Origin: an uncultured Prevotellaceae bacterium
GTDB lineage: Bacteria; Bacteroidota; Bacteroidia; Bacteroidales; Bacteroidaceae
Reading direction: 5' to 3'
DNA: 64,000 nt
Assembly: GCA_946185485.1 (NCBI GenBank)
Contig: CAMHJQ010000003.1
Coordinates: 25,883 to 89,882 of the forward strand
Shown: positions 20,255 through 30,400 of the stretch, piece by piece
Position numbering within the stretch: the first letter of the stretch is position 1
Layout: the number at the start of each line of letters is the position of its first letter
The notes under the pieces: model-generated
What the model saw: only the letters and a program-made list of their open reading frames with translations
What the model was told of the DNA's origin: nothing
Database searches by the model: none
Translations under genes and position numbers: made by a program

Positions 20255-21418
20255 TTACTGTTTGATATTGATCTTCTGGAGCAACAGTCGCCCCAGTTTG
20301 AATTTTGTCAGAACAGGATCCAGCAGGACAAAAGGTACTTTGAAGAAGGTGGTGTCCCACTTGTCATCAACCAGGTAGTTGGGGGTTGCCAGTGCGAAGA
20401 TAAAGAGGATGACGGCAAAGATTCCCCACCACTTGAGCGCTGAGGTAAAGTAGATGATTGGCGTAATCAGACTCATTCCAACGACAATTATCATCAGCAG
20501 CATACGCGGAACAAGCAACCACTGCAATAGCTTGTCGGCCAAGTCGTAATGGCGGTTCAGTAATGCTATTGGTAGATAGCGGATGTTGCGCAATATTGAC
20601 TGGAACTGGTTTGCGATGATATGGCGGTGTTGGCGGTTGAAATCGTCGGCCTGACGCACTTTCTCGTTGTAAACATAGACATTGTCGAAATAGTCGACGT
20701 ATATATGCTGTCGCAGCAGTTGTGCTTCCAGCTCCTTGTTAGTCCAGGTGGGTTTGGCATTCTGCATCTGTTGTTTGAACCAAGCGAAGTCGAAGGCCAT
20801 TCCCGAGCTATCCATGGCTGCTGACAATCCTAAGGTGATGTGTCCGCGACGGAAGATGGAATTGTTAATTTCCTCGAAGACGGCACTTAGACGTGCAGAG
20901 GTTGTGTCGCGGTTAAACGATAGCTTGTGGGCCTGGATGGCCTTAGTTCCAGCGGCTTCATAGGCCTCGTTCATCAGTGTCAGAAAGTCGGTCTCGACCA
21001 CATCGCCTGCTTCCAAAATGACAGCAACGTCGTAAATCTTAAACTGGGGCAAGTTGTTGACTGCCAACTGGAACGATTTCGTGCGGGTGCTTTTCTCGAA
21101 GTCGGGTGTCAGCAGGGTGACAGGCTGCTGAGCCAGATGAAACTTTGTCATTTCCGACTCGTGATCGGCGATGACGGTAACGTCGAATAATCGCTGCGGG
21201 TAGTCCTGTCCCAAGATGGAGTTGACGGTCATCTCGACACTCTTACCGCTTCGATAGGACGGAATCAGCACGATGAAGCGGTTCTGATTCTTGGCACTGG
21301 GAGTTTCGCTGTGTCTGGTAAATAGCGATAAGAAAGCAAAGAATCCAAAATAAAATACGGTTAGTGATATGATGACGAACAATGTCCAGTCTATGATAAT
21401 GTATAGGTTCCAAAGCAT
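20255..21418 (-). CDS. Membrane GT2 paralogue with degenerate catalytic motifs
   Basis: Colinear with the adjacent GT2 (KAIQ, EEINN.IFR, ELEA.LL.Q), but has ILEAGD, WTNKE and RQHRHI at the catalytic positions. Confidence 0.8.
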   Translation of the reverse strand: MLWNLYIIIDWTLFVIISLTVFYFGFFAFLSLFTRHSETPSAKNQNRFIVLIPSYRSGKSVEMTVNSILGQDYPQRLFDVTVIADHESEMTKFHLAQQPVTLLTPDFEKSTRTKSFQLAVNNLPQFKIYDVAVILEAGDVVETDFLTLMNEAYEAAGTKAIQAHKLSFNRDTTSARLSAVFEEINNSIFRRGHITLGLSAAMDSSGMAFDFAWFKQQMQNAKPTWTNKELEAQLLRQHIYVDYFDNVYVYNEKVRQADDFNRQHRHIIANQFQSILRNIRYLPIALLNRHYDLADKLLQWLLVPRMLLMIIVVGMSLITPIIYFTSALKWWGIFAVILFIFALATPNYLVDDKWDTTFFKVPFVLLDPVLTKFKLGRLLLQKINIKQ

Positions 21419-21420
21419 AA

Positions 21421-22326
21421 TTATGAGTTTTTTAGATAGTGAAACACACCCTTCATGGTGGCTGATGCCAAGTCGGGGCGATGATGTATATAGTATTTCA
21501 GAATGTCTTTAGTTGCTACAATACCGATAAGGTAAAGAGTAGTAAGCAGACGTAGGGGGAGACGCCGGTTACGCTGATTGAACAATAGCCGGTTGCGCGT
21601 GATGTAATAGGTCTTGAGCGGACTGTTCTGACCGGTAGCCTGACTCTCCTTATGGTATATGGTGCAGGAAGGCTCGTACCATATATCGTAGCCGGCGCGC
21701 CGGATCATCATCGACCAGTCTAGCTCCTCGTAGTAGAGAAAATAACAATCGGGCATGAAACCTGCCTTCTCGATGACCTCACGCTTGACCATCATGGCAG
21801 CACCATGGGCGTATGGAGTGAGGTGGGCGGTGTCGTACTGACCATGGTCGGTTTCACCGAAGCCGATGGAGCGGTTACGCATCGTGATGGGGGAGAGTGG
21901 GGTGTAGCCAGCAAACTGGATGGGGTTATCGTCCCATGCAAAGCGTATCTTTGGACACACCATGCCAATCTTTGGAGAACTCTCAAGCCTGTTTATAAGT
22001 GGCTGAAAGTAACGTTTACTTCTTACATCCTCCTTCTTACATTGAAGTAGTGTGTCATTATTGATAAAGAAGAGATATTTGCCATGTGCGGCTTGGATGC
22101 CCAGATTGTTACCGCCGGCGAAGCCTAAGTTGCGGTCACTGCGAATGACCGTCACTTGCGGGTAACGATTTTCAATAAGGGTGGCTTCATCATTTTTTGA
22201 GGCATTGTCTACTACAATCACCTCCAATGTTTCGTCATTGAAAGGGATAGTATCAATCAATGCGCAGGTGTCTGCAAGACCATTGTAATTGATAGTGATG
22301 ATAGAAAGTTCACACTCTTGGGGCAC
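21421..22326 (-). CDS. Glycosyltransferase family 2 (soluble)
   Basis: VVDNAS, NLGFAGGNN, INNDT and YFLYYEELDW motifs. Confidence 0.92.
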   Translation of the reverse strand: MPQECELSIITINYNGLADTCALIDTIPFNDETLEVIVVDNASKNDEATLIENRYPQVTVIRSDRNLGFAGGNNLGIQAAHGKYLFFINNDTLLQCKKEDVRSKRYFQPLINRLESSPKIGMVCPKIRFAWDDNPIQFAGYTPLSPITMRNRSIGFGETDHGQYDTAHLTPYAHGAAMMVKREVIEKAGFMPDCYFLYYEELDWSMMIRRAGYDIWYEPSCTIYHKESQATGQNSPLKTYYITRNRLLFNQRNRRLPLRLLTTLYLIGIVATKDILKYYIHHRPDLASATMKGVFHYLKNS

Positions 22327-23833
22327 GTTTCTTCTCCAGTTTCAAGCGTTTCTTCTCTTCTTGTATGGCAAGTTGTTCTTTTTCGTAGACAATCCATTCT
22401 TTCTCAAAATAAGGTAAAGTATAGACAATACTTAAACCTCCATAAAAAATTAGGCAATTGGGGAATTGCATAAGTACTTGGTTACCATAACCGCCTAACT
22501 GTATGGATACAAAGGCACAGCATAGCCCCGCGCCAATGCCGCGTAAGGAAGGACTTTTCAAGGTAAACAACACAATCCAACATGCTCCTGTTAGCATGAT
22601 CAGCATAGTTATGAGGAATGTTGTGATGCCTATGATACCTGTGTGAATCCATATGAATACATACTCTGAGTCGGGCGGCACTTTAGCCATAAATGTATAT
22701 TTGTTGTTGGCAGGAACATTTTGATAACCTACGGCCATACCAATACCCCAAGGTGCTTCTGCCAAGTACTTTTTCATCGCCTCTTGGTTGATAGAGCGTT
22801 GGTTGGCAGAAGCATCGTTCTTGTCAAAAGCAGAGCGCATACGTCTGATTTGCTGGTTACCATTGCCAATATCTGTAAAGGCGAGGATGAAGATAGCAAA
22901 AGCAAAGAATAATGTAAACGGAATTGCAATCTTGATGGACTTTGAAAGAAAGATATACACCATGAAACCTGCAATCAGACAGAAAGTTGCTGTGCGTGTT
23001 CCTGAAGGGAACATACCCCATACACATGCAATACCGATTAATAAAAAGAAAATACGATGCTTCTTGATTTTTGTGGTAATTCCAAAGATGATAAAGGCTA
23101 CTGCTGTTGAGGCTATGCCAATACCAAAGTTGGCTGCATCGCTATATACAGAAAAATATCTGATAAGTGTGCCGCCTGCTAGAATATGGGTCGACCTGCC
23201 TCGTGTCTGAAGCCATGCATTTTCACTAGGCGTCAAGCCAATATTTTTCTGCTTCCAAACCCAGAATACTGCAAAAAGGGCTAATAATCCCCAGACATAA
23301 AGATAATTGATAAGTATTTTTGGTTTTGTAATATATAATATGTACACCAAAAAAGCATACAAGAGTTGGAACCCCATCATACGTGCAGCAGTGTACCATC
23401 CTCCCACATTAATACCAATACCGCATGTGTCGTTCAATACTTCCAATGTACAAAAACCACACCAAATCATCAAGGCATAAAGCATTATATTGGCCGTACG
23501 TTCGAATTTCGCTTCTTTCACATCAATAATGGCTAATGCTATTAGGATTATTTCCAGCATTTCATTATACATGGACACAGGGATTCCCTGGGGTAATGGC
23601 ATGCTTTTCCACTGAACCACATAATTAATGAACATGAGAGCCCAGAAAACGAACATCCGAAAATGGAAAGCTCCTAAGACAACCAACGCTATAAGGGGCA
23701 ATGCACAAACGATGGCAAAGGCATTGAATCCAGCAGAGATAAATTCATAAATGGCCAGCAAAAACAGGAGAAAGAGCAATGATACTCTTCCCCTGTGTTC
23801 GCTTGCGTATGTCTTAAACGCAGTACTTGCCAT
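22310..23833 (-). CDS. Wzy polymerase / O-antigen ligase family membrane protein
   Basis: About 12 TM helices, SGTRT motif, large periplasmic loop with PWGIG and PPDSEY. Confidence 0.8.
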   Translation of the reverse strand: MASTAFKTYASEHRGRVSLLFLLFLLAIYEFISAGFNAFAIVCALPLIALVVLGAFHFRMFVFWALMFINYVVQWKSMPLPQGIPVSMYNEMLEIILIALAIIDVKEAKFERTANIMLYALMIWCGFCTLEVLNDTCGIGINVGGWYTAARMMGFQLLYAFLVYILYITKPKILINYLYVWGLLALFAVFWVWKQKNIGLTPSENAWLQTRGRSTHILAGGTLIRYFSVYSDAANFGIGIASTAVAFIIFGITTKIKKHRIFFLLIGIACVWGMFPSGTRTATFCLIAGFMVYIFLSKSIKIAIPFTLFFAFAIFILAFTDIGNGNQQIRRMRSAFDKNDASANQRSINQEAMKKYLAEAPWGIGMAVGYQNVPANNKYTFMAKVPPDSEYVFIWIHTGIIGITTFLITMLIMLTGACWIVLFTLKSPSLRGIGAGLCCAFVSIQLGGYGNQVLMQFPNCLIFYGGLSIVYTLPYFEKEWIVYEKEQLAIQEEKKRLKLEKKRAPRV

Positions 23834-23838
23834 TATGG

Positions 23839-26022
23839 TTATTTTGCGTGTTCGTTTTCAGTGGCTGTCAGACCAAGCTGCGAGATGCGGTAAACAAAGT
23901 TATTGAATCTGGTGTAAGGCGGCAACTGACCGACAAATTCCTCTACGGCATAGCGGCTGGCCTCGGTCAGGTACATGAAGAGCGAATCCTTATGCTCTTC
24001 GTCAAGCATCGCTTGTACCTCATTCAATGCTTTCTGGTCTACATCCTTCCAGGTACGGTTAGCACGTGTAACCATCAGGTTGACGGTACCCATGTTCAGC
24101 AGAGCCGGAGAAATGGAATTCTCGTCCAAATTAGGATATTCAATGATGGCTATCTCGTCAGGCAGAATGTCTGGACAGAGATCCTTGATGCCCCGAGCCA
24201 TAATAAAACGGCTGTCTTCGGCCAGGAAATCCTCATCGTAGGTGAGACGGCGCACCTGCAGACCAATAGAAATCCAATAGTTCTCCAACTCCTGAGCCAG
24301 ATAGCTCTTGCCATTACCCGTGTCGGTAGAGATAAGGTTCAGCACGTTCTGCTGGCCTTCTTTGAAATGGGGCAGAAGGGCTTTACTCAACTGCTTCATC
24401 GCCATATCGGCAATAGTCTTGTTGAAACGGCGGTAGCGCAGGTTACTCTCCTTGGGATAGCAGCCCATGACGGGAATCTTGGTGATACGCTCGGAGCGCA
24501 TGCGGTCGCGCAGCGTGCGGTCGAGCAACTCGATAATCAAGAACCATAGTGCAGTCAGCATGAATGTGAGCATGAAAGCACCGAGAAGAATCATAAGGCG
24601 GTTGGTGGGCTGGGCGTTCAGTGGGAACATGGGGGGATTAAGCACACGTAGCGATGCTGTAGACATCTGGAGATTGCGCTGACGCAGACGAGCGGCATTC
24701 AGCGCCTTCAGCATTTCCATGTAGTTACCTTCAATGAAACCGATGTGACGATCCTTGCGGTCGAGGGTAGCACCGATAGGAGCATAGAACAGATACTGAC
24801 GGTCAAGGTCGGACTTCATGATGTCCGTTGCTGTCATCTCTGCCTTCGTCTTTTCTAATAGCAAGAGTTGCTCCAGCCAGCGGTTCAACATGTCGTTGGC
24901 CTTGACACCCGTCTCCGTGCTATACGTTGAGGCTTCGATGTCTTTGGTAAGCTCAGTAACTCTGCTTGTGGCAGCCTGGAGGTCACGTTGAGCTTTGGCC
25001 AGCTCTTCCTGTGACTCTGAGTCACGTCCGCCACCTTCGCTGCTCATCAGTCGCAAGTTGGAAATGCGCGACTGAATACGCGAGATGTCACGGACCTGAT
25101 TGGTGAATTCCTGGTTGGACCGGATAACCTGAGCGCGGTTGCCAAGCTGTCGTTCCAAATAGTCCAACAAGGCCTTAGATGTGGTATAGTTCATCAACTG
25201 GTCGTTGCGGAAATTCTGCTGTTGGGATTCCAATACAGTCAACTGCTTGGTTTGCTCGCCATAATTAATGATACGTTTCGATATGTTGTAGCGGATGAGG
25301 TCATCTTCGGCATTTGAGAGGATGCGGTAGAGACGGGCAACCTCTTTCTCGAAGAACTTAATAACGTTGTTGGTTTCACCGAAACGTATCTGCTGATATT
25401 GACGGGCGAATACCTCGTTAAGGATGTCCAGTGTGTTGTAGGCAATACCGGCATCATTGGCTGAATAGCCGATATCAATGATATCGCTATTATTCAACTG
25501 AAGGACTTTCAGACGCGAGGTAATGTTGTTGATGCCGAAATAGGGGTGGTAATTCAGCAAGCCGAACAAATAGTTGTCCTGTGAAGGTTTTTCATACGCC
25601 TTGAGGTTGGCATACGTCTGCGACTCACTGTTGTGATTAACCAACGCCTTCACGTCGGCAGGCACAGTAGCGCTTAACTGACGGAAATGCTCTGCAGAAA
25701 TATAGTTGTTGTCCTTATTGGTATTACCATACATCATACAACGGGCAAACAGGCGGAGAGCAACCTCGTGGATGGTGTTGTCCGTTGTGATGATAAGCAT
25801 CAAGTTAGTGATATTTGTCTGAGAATTACCACCGGCAGCACCTGTACCACCTTCAATGTTGTAACCGGTAATCATACCAGTGTAGATGGTGGTGTTGGTG
25901 TCGTAGATACGCTCCATGTGACGCGTTAGAAACCAAGCTACGATAAGGGCTATCATAGGCAGTATGACAAGATACCAGCGTATCTTATATAAAAACCTAA
26001 CGAGATATCGAAATAAGTCCAT
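23839..26022 (-). CDS. Wzc/GumC-like polysaccharide co-polymerase
   Basis: Two TM helices flanking a long coiled coil; ELLDRTLR and a Walker-A-like STDTGNGKS. Confidence 0.85.
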   Translation of the reverse strand: MDLFRYLVRFLYKIRWYLVILPMIALIVAWFLTRHMERIYDTNTTIYTGMITGYNIEGGTGAAGGNSQTNITNLMLIITTDNTIHEVALRLFARCMMYGNTNKDNNYISAEHFRQLSATVPADVKALVNHNSESQTYANLKAYEKPSQDNYLFGLLNYHPYFGINNITSRLKVLQLNNSDIIDIGYSANDAGIAYNTLDILNEVFARQYQQIRFGETNNVIKFFEKEVARLYRILSNAEDDLIRYNISKRIINYGEQTKQLTVLESQQQNFRNDQLMNYTTSKALLDYLERQLGNRAQVIRSNQEFTNQVRDISRIQSRISNLRLMSSEGGGRDSESQEELAKAQRDLQAATSRVTELTKDIEASTYSTETGVKANDMLNRWLEQLLLLEKTKAEMTATDIMKSDLDRQYLFYAPIGATLDRKDRHIGFIEGNYMEMLKALNAARLRQRNLQMSTASLRVLNPPMFPLNAQPTNRLMILLGAFMLTFMLTALWFLIIELLDRTLRDRMRSERITKIPVMGCYPKESNLRYRRFNKTIADMAMKQLSKALLPHFKEGQQNVLNLISTDTGNGKSYLAQELENYWISIGLQVRRLTYDEDFLAEDSRFIMARGIKDLCPDILPDEIAIIEYPNLDENSISPALLNMGTVNLMVTRANRTWKDVDQKALNEVQAMLDEEHKDSLFMYLTEASRYAVEEFVGQLPPYTRFNNFVYRISQLGLTATENEHAK

Positions 26023-26054
26023 AATATAATTATTCTATTGTTATTCGTATAGAT

Positions 26055-27020
26055 TTACTTTTTGCTTTTTTGGGCTTTTGCTGCTTGTTTGGCTGCCTTT
26101 TCCTGAGCCTTGCGCTCAGCCTCCTCCATCTTTTGATACTTCTTGTCTTCAGCGGCGGCAGCCTTTCTAATCTTTTTGTCAATAGCCCTGTTCTCCTTCA
26201 TAATCTCTTTCTCGGATTTCTTCTCAGTGCTATCCAGCGTGATTTCTGTGGTTGTATTAGTTAAGATAGGCGTATGAGATAGAATCTCTAAGGTAATGAT
26301 GTCTGTAGTAATCTGTGTTTGCAGATTTTGGTATTCCTTGACAACAGAGACCTCATGCATCTTGGTCCAGGCAAAATCTTCGATACTCATATTGCCTTGG
26401 TGAAAGTCCTCCAGATTCAGTGCACCAGCACCCTGATAGATAGCGGCACCCTCGCTGGCGGTTTTCAAAGTAACGAGATCGTTGGTAATCTTAATAAATA
26501 AGGTGGCAATCTCTTTCTTCAGATTTTCATACTCCATGTCTTTTTCATACATGGCCTGATCTACCTCAAGCCTTTTCCTCTTGACTGAACCGGCCAGGTC
26601 AAGAATGTCCTCCAGAGGTACGGCCAAATTGATACCGACATTCCAGTAGCTCTGCTCACTACCCTGATATTGTTGAAGAACCGTGGTGTAGGTGGAGGAA
26701 CCTTGTCCCCACATGTCTGTCTTACCATAACTATAGCTGGCGTGACCGGTTACATAGGAGAAAATGTGCCTCTTCTGCTTTGCCACTTCTGCTTTGGCGA
26801 GTTCCTGAGCCTTTTCCAATGTGAGAATGCGGGGACTTTGCTTCGCATTCTCGAATAGAACAGCCAGAGGTGGCAAGTGGAAATTGGAGAAATTGATTTT
26901 GCTTTGCTCACTGGAGTCAAAGAATCCTGCACTAATACCACTCTTATTGTATTGTGCAAAACCTGTTGACGCCAATGATGCAACAACGATAATCAGTAAA
27001 TGTCGCTTTAATCCGTTCAT
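26055..27020 (-). CDS. Short TolC-family-like exported protein
   Basis: Signal peptide, LPPLAVLFENA, one beta hairpin (YWNVGINLAVPL) between long helices, Lys/Ala-rich tail. Confidence 0.6.
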   Translation of the reverse strand: MNGLKRHLLIIVVASLASTGFAQYNKSGISAGFFDSSEQSKINFSNFHLPPLAVLFENAKQSPRILTLEKAQELAKAEVAKQKRHIFSYVTGHASYSYGKTDMWGQGSSTYTTVLQQYQGSEQSYWNVGINLAVPLEDILDLAGSVKRKRLEVDQAMYEKDMEYENLKKEIATLFIKITNDLVTLKTASEGAAIYQGAGALNLEDFHQGNMSIEDFAWTKMHEVSVVKEYQNLQTQITTDIITLEILSHTPILTNTTTEITLDSTEKKSEKEIMKENRAIDKKIRKAAAAEDKKYQKMEEAERKAQEKAAKQAAKAQKSKK

Positions 27021-27040
27021 TGTTATGCCTAAATTACTTT

Positions 27041-28243
27041 TTACACATTTTCTTTTTGTACGAATGCTGTCAGCGTACGCAGAATAATCTTCATGTCTAA
27101 CATGAAGTTATAGGTCTGACCGTATGTGATGTCAAGCTGTTTGCGCTCTTCAGCCGACATGTTTCCACCCTTGCCACGCTCTTCAACCTGCCAGAGACCC
27201 GTGAGACCAGCAGGAGCCATGAAACGGTCGATGCTGCTGTCGACAGTCAGTTTCTCTGCCTCATAGAGTGGGAGCGGACGATTGCCCACAATAGACATGT
27301 CGCCCTTTAAAATGTTAATGAGCTGGGGCAGCTCGTCAATACTGTATTTCCTGATGAAGCGGCCAACCTTAGTGATACGAGGGTCGTTCTCAATTTTGAC
27401 AAAGGCGTTGTTGATGTCTTCTTCTTTTTTCTTGCTGAAATCGCTTTCTGCCATTACGAAATCGTCTCCAACCAACATAATCTCCTCGTCTCCAATCATC
27501 ATCATGGACTCCATGCCGGTATCCAACATGTCTTGCTCTGCTTCTTCGCCTAATGGAGCCGTTACAGTCTTATGCTCTTCTTCCTCATGATTCTCGGCAT
27601 ATTGGTTGTGCTCCTTGCTCAACTCTTTCAGACGTTCTTCTGCGTCAGTATACATGCTGCGGAACTTCAGAAAGTCGAATATCGTATAGTTGGTGCCTAC
27701 ACGCTTTGACTTAAACAATACCGGTCCCTTACTCTCCACCTTGATGGCAATGGCCGTAATAATGAAAATAGGAGATAAAATGATGATGGCCAAACCCGAG
27801 AAGATGATATCGAAGAGACGCTTCCAAAGTGGAATCTTGAATTTTAGAATCTTGTGCTTGAATGCCTCGTTGTCGAAAAGGATGTTCTCGCGATCCGAGA
27901 TGAATTGAATCTTCTTGTTTAATTCGGTGACAGATGCAGTATTGGCAATCGTATCGTTGATACCACATTTCATGTATATATTCCGCTCCTCAGTCGACAT
28001 GTTGTCAGTTATGAGGATGATATACACATTGTGACATTTCTTACGCAGATAGGTAATAGCCGTGATGTCCTCGTTACGCACATTTCGTTCTATGAATACT
28101 ATGAAATGCTCATTCGGAACATGAGGGACGCAGATGGATGCTGCGTCTTTATATGCGTTGGTCATACGGACCATTTGTCCAGGGATGTACTTCAGACGTT
28201 CCTGGGTTTGGGGATTGTTACCTAAATATACGACACCTATCAT
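27041..28243 (-). CDS. Priming undecaprenyl-phosphate sugar phosphotransferase with N-terminal receiver-like domain
   Basis: KRLFDI, KFRSM, DPRITKVGRFIRKYSIDELPQL and GDMSIVGNRP motifs. Confidence 0.92.
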   Translation of the reverse strand: MIGVVYLGNNPQTQERLKYIPGQMVRMTNAYKDAASICVPHVPNEHFIVFIERNVRNEDITAITYLRKKCHNVYIILITDNMSTEERNIYMKCGINDTIANTASVTELNKKIQFISDRENILFDNEAFKHKILKFKIPLWKRLFDIIFSGLAIIILSPIFIITAIAIKVESKGPVLFKSKRVGTNYTIFDFLKFRSMYTDAEERLKELSKEHNQYAENHEEEEHKTVTAPLGEEAEQDMLDTGMESMMMIGDEEIMLVGDDFVMAESDFSKKKEEDINNAFVKIENDPRITKVGRFIRKYSIDELPQLINILKGDMSIVGNRPLPLYEAEKLTVDSSIDRFMAPAGLTGLWQVEERGKGGNMSAEERKQLDITYGQTYNFMLDMKIILRTLTAFVQKENV

Positions 28244-28267
28244 ACCATATATTTATAGGAGAGGTGA

Positions 28268-28636
28268 TTAATTGGGAAGAATCTTTTTAACGCGAATCTT
28301 TAACTCCATGGGATTAAATGGCTTGACAATATAATCCACGGCACCAATCTCCAAGAGTCGTATACGTTCGCTAGTAGAATCCTCACTGGACAGCATGATG
28401 ACAGGTATATGGCGGAACAACTCATTCTGCTTAATCCATTCTAGGAAATCATCGCCGCGCATTCCCGGCATGCGGATGTCTGAGATAATGAGGTCTGGCG
28501 TATTGCCGGCCTGAAGCCATTTTACCCCCTGTAGTCCGTCGGGGAGCCACTGGACATCATAATCACTCATCAAGTAAATGGAGAGCACCTTGGCGATGGT
28601 CTCTTTGTCATCAAGTATTAATATTTTCTTTTTCAT
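28268..28636 (-). CDS. Single-domain (CheY-like) response regulator
   Basis: ILDD, ISDIRMP, MLS and DYIVKPF motifs; no output domain. A -7 box lies at 28679-28686. Confidence 0.93.
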   Translation of the reverse strand: MKKKILILDDKETIAKVLSIYLMSDYDVQWLPDGLQGVKWLQAGNTPDLIISDIRMPGMRGDDFLEWIKQNELFRHIPVIMLSSEDSTSERIRLLEIGAVDYIVKPFNPMELKIRVKKILPN

Positions 28637-28821
28637 GATGAATTATATTTTTAGTCTTTCGCTTTACATTTTATCCTGCAAAGGTAAAAAAATATTTTTA
28701 ATTGTAGTCAAATTATGATAAAAAAATGATGAAAATTGGAAAAAAAGTTGGTTTTTAAAAAATATTTAGGGAATTTTGTAGTCAGAAACGTATTATCAAT
28801 AACGACTATAATTATATTTTT

Positions 28822-30312
28822 ATGGCAAACAGATATCTTTTAGGATTTGATGTTGGCAGTTCATCTGTCAAGGCATCATTGGTGAATGCCGATAGTGGCA
28901 AGTGTGTAGCAACAGCTTTCTATCCGGAGAAAGAAGCCCCCATTATGGCAATTAAGACCGGTTGGGCAGAGCAAGACCCCCAAATGTGGTGGGACAATGC
29001 CAAGTTGGCTTTGCGTAAGATCATGTCAGAGGCAGGAGCTTCGGCTGACGAGGTAAAGGCTATTGGTATTTCTTACCAGATGCACGGCTTGGTGTGTGTG
29101 GACAAAGACTTGAAGGCTCTTCGCCCCGCTATCATTTGGTGCGACTCTCGTGCTGTTCCTTATGGCGAGAAGGCTTTTAACGAATTAGGTGCAGACCAGT
29201 GCCTAACTCATTTGCTGAACTCACCGGGCAACTTTACTGCTGCTAAGTTGGCTTGGGTAAAGGAAAACGAGCCAGACCTTTACAGCAAGATCTATAAGAT
29301 TATGCTTCCTGGCGACTATATTGCCATGCGTCTTTCCGGCGTGGCCAATACAACAGTCAGTGGCCTTTCTGAAGGTATGTTCTGGGACTTCAAGGAGAAT
29401 CATGTCGCTGATTTCCTGATGAAGTATTATGGCTTCGACTCCTCGTTGATTGCCGACATCGTGCCTACGTTCAGCGTCCAAAGCGAGGTTTGCGCCGAGG
29501 CTGCTGCTGAATTGGGACTGAAAGCAGGTACACCTATTACATATAGGGGCGGTGACCAGCCTAATAATGCACTCTCTCTCAACGTGTTGAATCCTGGAGA
29601 GATAGCTGCTACGGCAGGTACCAGTGGTGTTGTTTATGGTGTGCTTGGCAATGTCAACTATGATCCCAAGAGTCGCGTAAACACCTTTGCTCACGTCAAC
29701 CATACGAGTGGGCAGAACCGTTTGGGCGTCTTGCTGTGTATCAATGGTACAGGTATCTTGAATGCTTGGACGCATCGCAATATCACTCCCGAAATCGGCT
29801 ATGCCGAGATGAATGACCTGGCAGCCAGCGTGCCTATTGGCAGTGAGGGCGTGAAGGTTATTCCGTTTGGAAATGGTGCCGAGCGTGTGCTGGAAAACAA
29901 GGAGATAGGATGTTCTATCAATGGTGTGAACTTCAACAAGCATTCCAAGGCTCATTTGGTACGTGCCGCCCAGGAAGGTATCGTCTTCTCGTTCTGCTAT
30001 GGTATGGAAATCATGCAGCAGATGGGAATGGATATTCAAAAGATACATGCCGGAAAGGCTAATATGTTCCTGAGTCCGTTGTTCAGAGATACATTGGCAG
30101 GTGTCAGTGGCGCTACCATCGAACTCTACGATACAGACGGTTCTGTGGGTGCTGCCAAGGGTGCTGGTCTCGGTGCAGGCATCTATGCTAATGCCGACGA
30201 AGCCTTCGCTTCTTTGGAGAAGTTGCAGGTCATCGAGCCAGATGCAGCTCATCGTGCTGACTATCAGGCCGCATACGCTGCTTGGAAGGAAACGCTGAAT
30301 GCAAAAATCTAA
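28822..30312 (+). CDS. xylB: Xylulokinase (FGGY family)
   Basis: GFDVGSSSVK, AEQDP, YQMHG, IWCDSR, GGDQ and PFGNGAER motifs. Confidence 0.85.
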   Translation: MANRYLLGFDVGSSSVKASLVNADSGKCVATAFYPEKEAPIMAIKTGWAEQDPQMWWDNAKLALRKIMSEAGASADEVKAIGISYQMHGLVCVDKDLKALRPAIIWCDSRAVPYGEKAFNELGADQCLTHLLNSPGNFTAAKLAWVKENEPDLYSKIYKIMLPGDYIAMRLSGVANTTVSGLSEGMFWDFKENHVADFLMKYYGFDSSLIADIVPTFSVQSEVCAEAAAELGLKAGTPITYRGGDQPNNALSLNVLNPGEIAATAGTSGVVYGVLGNVNYDPKSRVNTFAHVNHTSGQNRLGVLLCINGTGILNAWTHRNITPEIGYAEMNDLAASVPIGSEGVKVIPFGNGAERVLENKEIGCSINGVNFNKHSKAHLVRAAQEGIVFSFCYGMEIMQQMGMDIQKIHAGKANMFLSPLFRDTLAGVSGATIELYDTDGSVGAAKGAGLGAGIYANADEAFASLEKLQVIEPDAAHRADYQAAYAAWKETLNAKI

Positions 30313-30340
30313 TCTTTTATTTGAGATTGAGATAGATCAT

Positions 30341-30373
30341 AAAAGCGGGTGAGTTGATTCTCACCCGCTTTTT
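30341..30373. terminator. Bidirectional intrinsic terminator between xylB and valS
   Basis: AAAAGCGGGTGAG-ttgatt-CTCACCCGCTTTT between convergent genes. Confidence 0.9.
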
Positions 30374-30400
30374 ATGGTAGTTAACGAAATGACGATGGCA

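Noticed and set aside
28637..28821. Invertible promoter or UpxY-type control of the polysaccharide locus
   Set aside because: No convincing inverted-repeat pair, recombinase or upxY/upxZ gene; only low-complexity A/T runs.
29221..30252. 343-aa antisense ORF in xylB and similar shadows in valS, gyrA, susC and the primase gene
   Set aside because: They overlap well-supported genes on the opposite strand and show no motifs.
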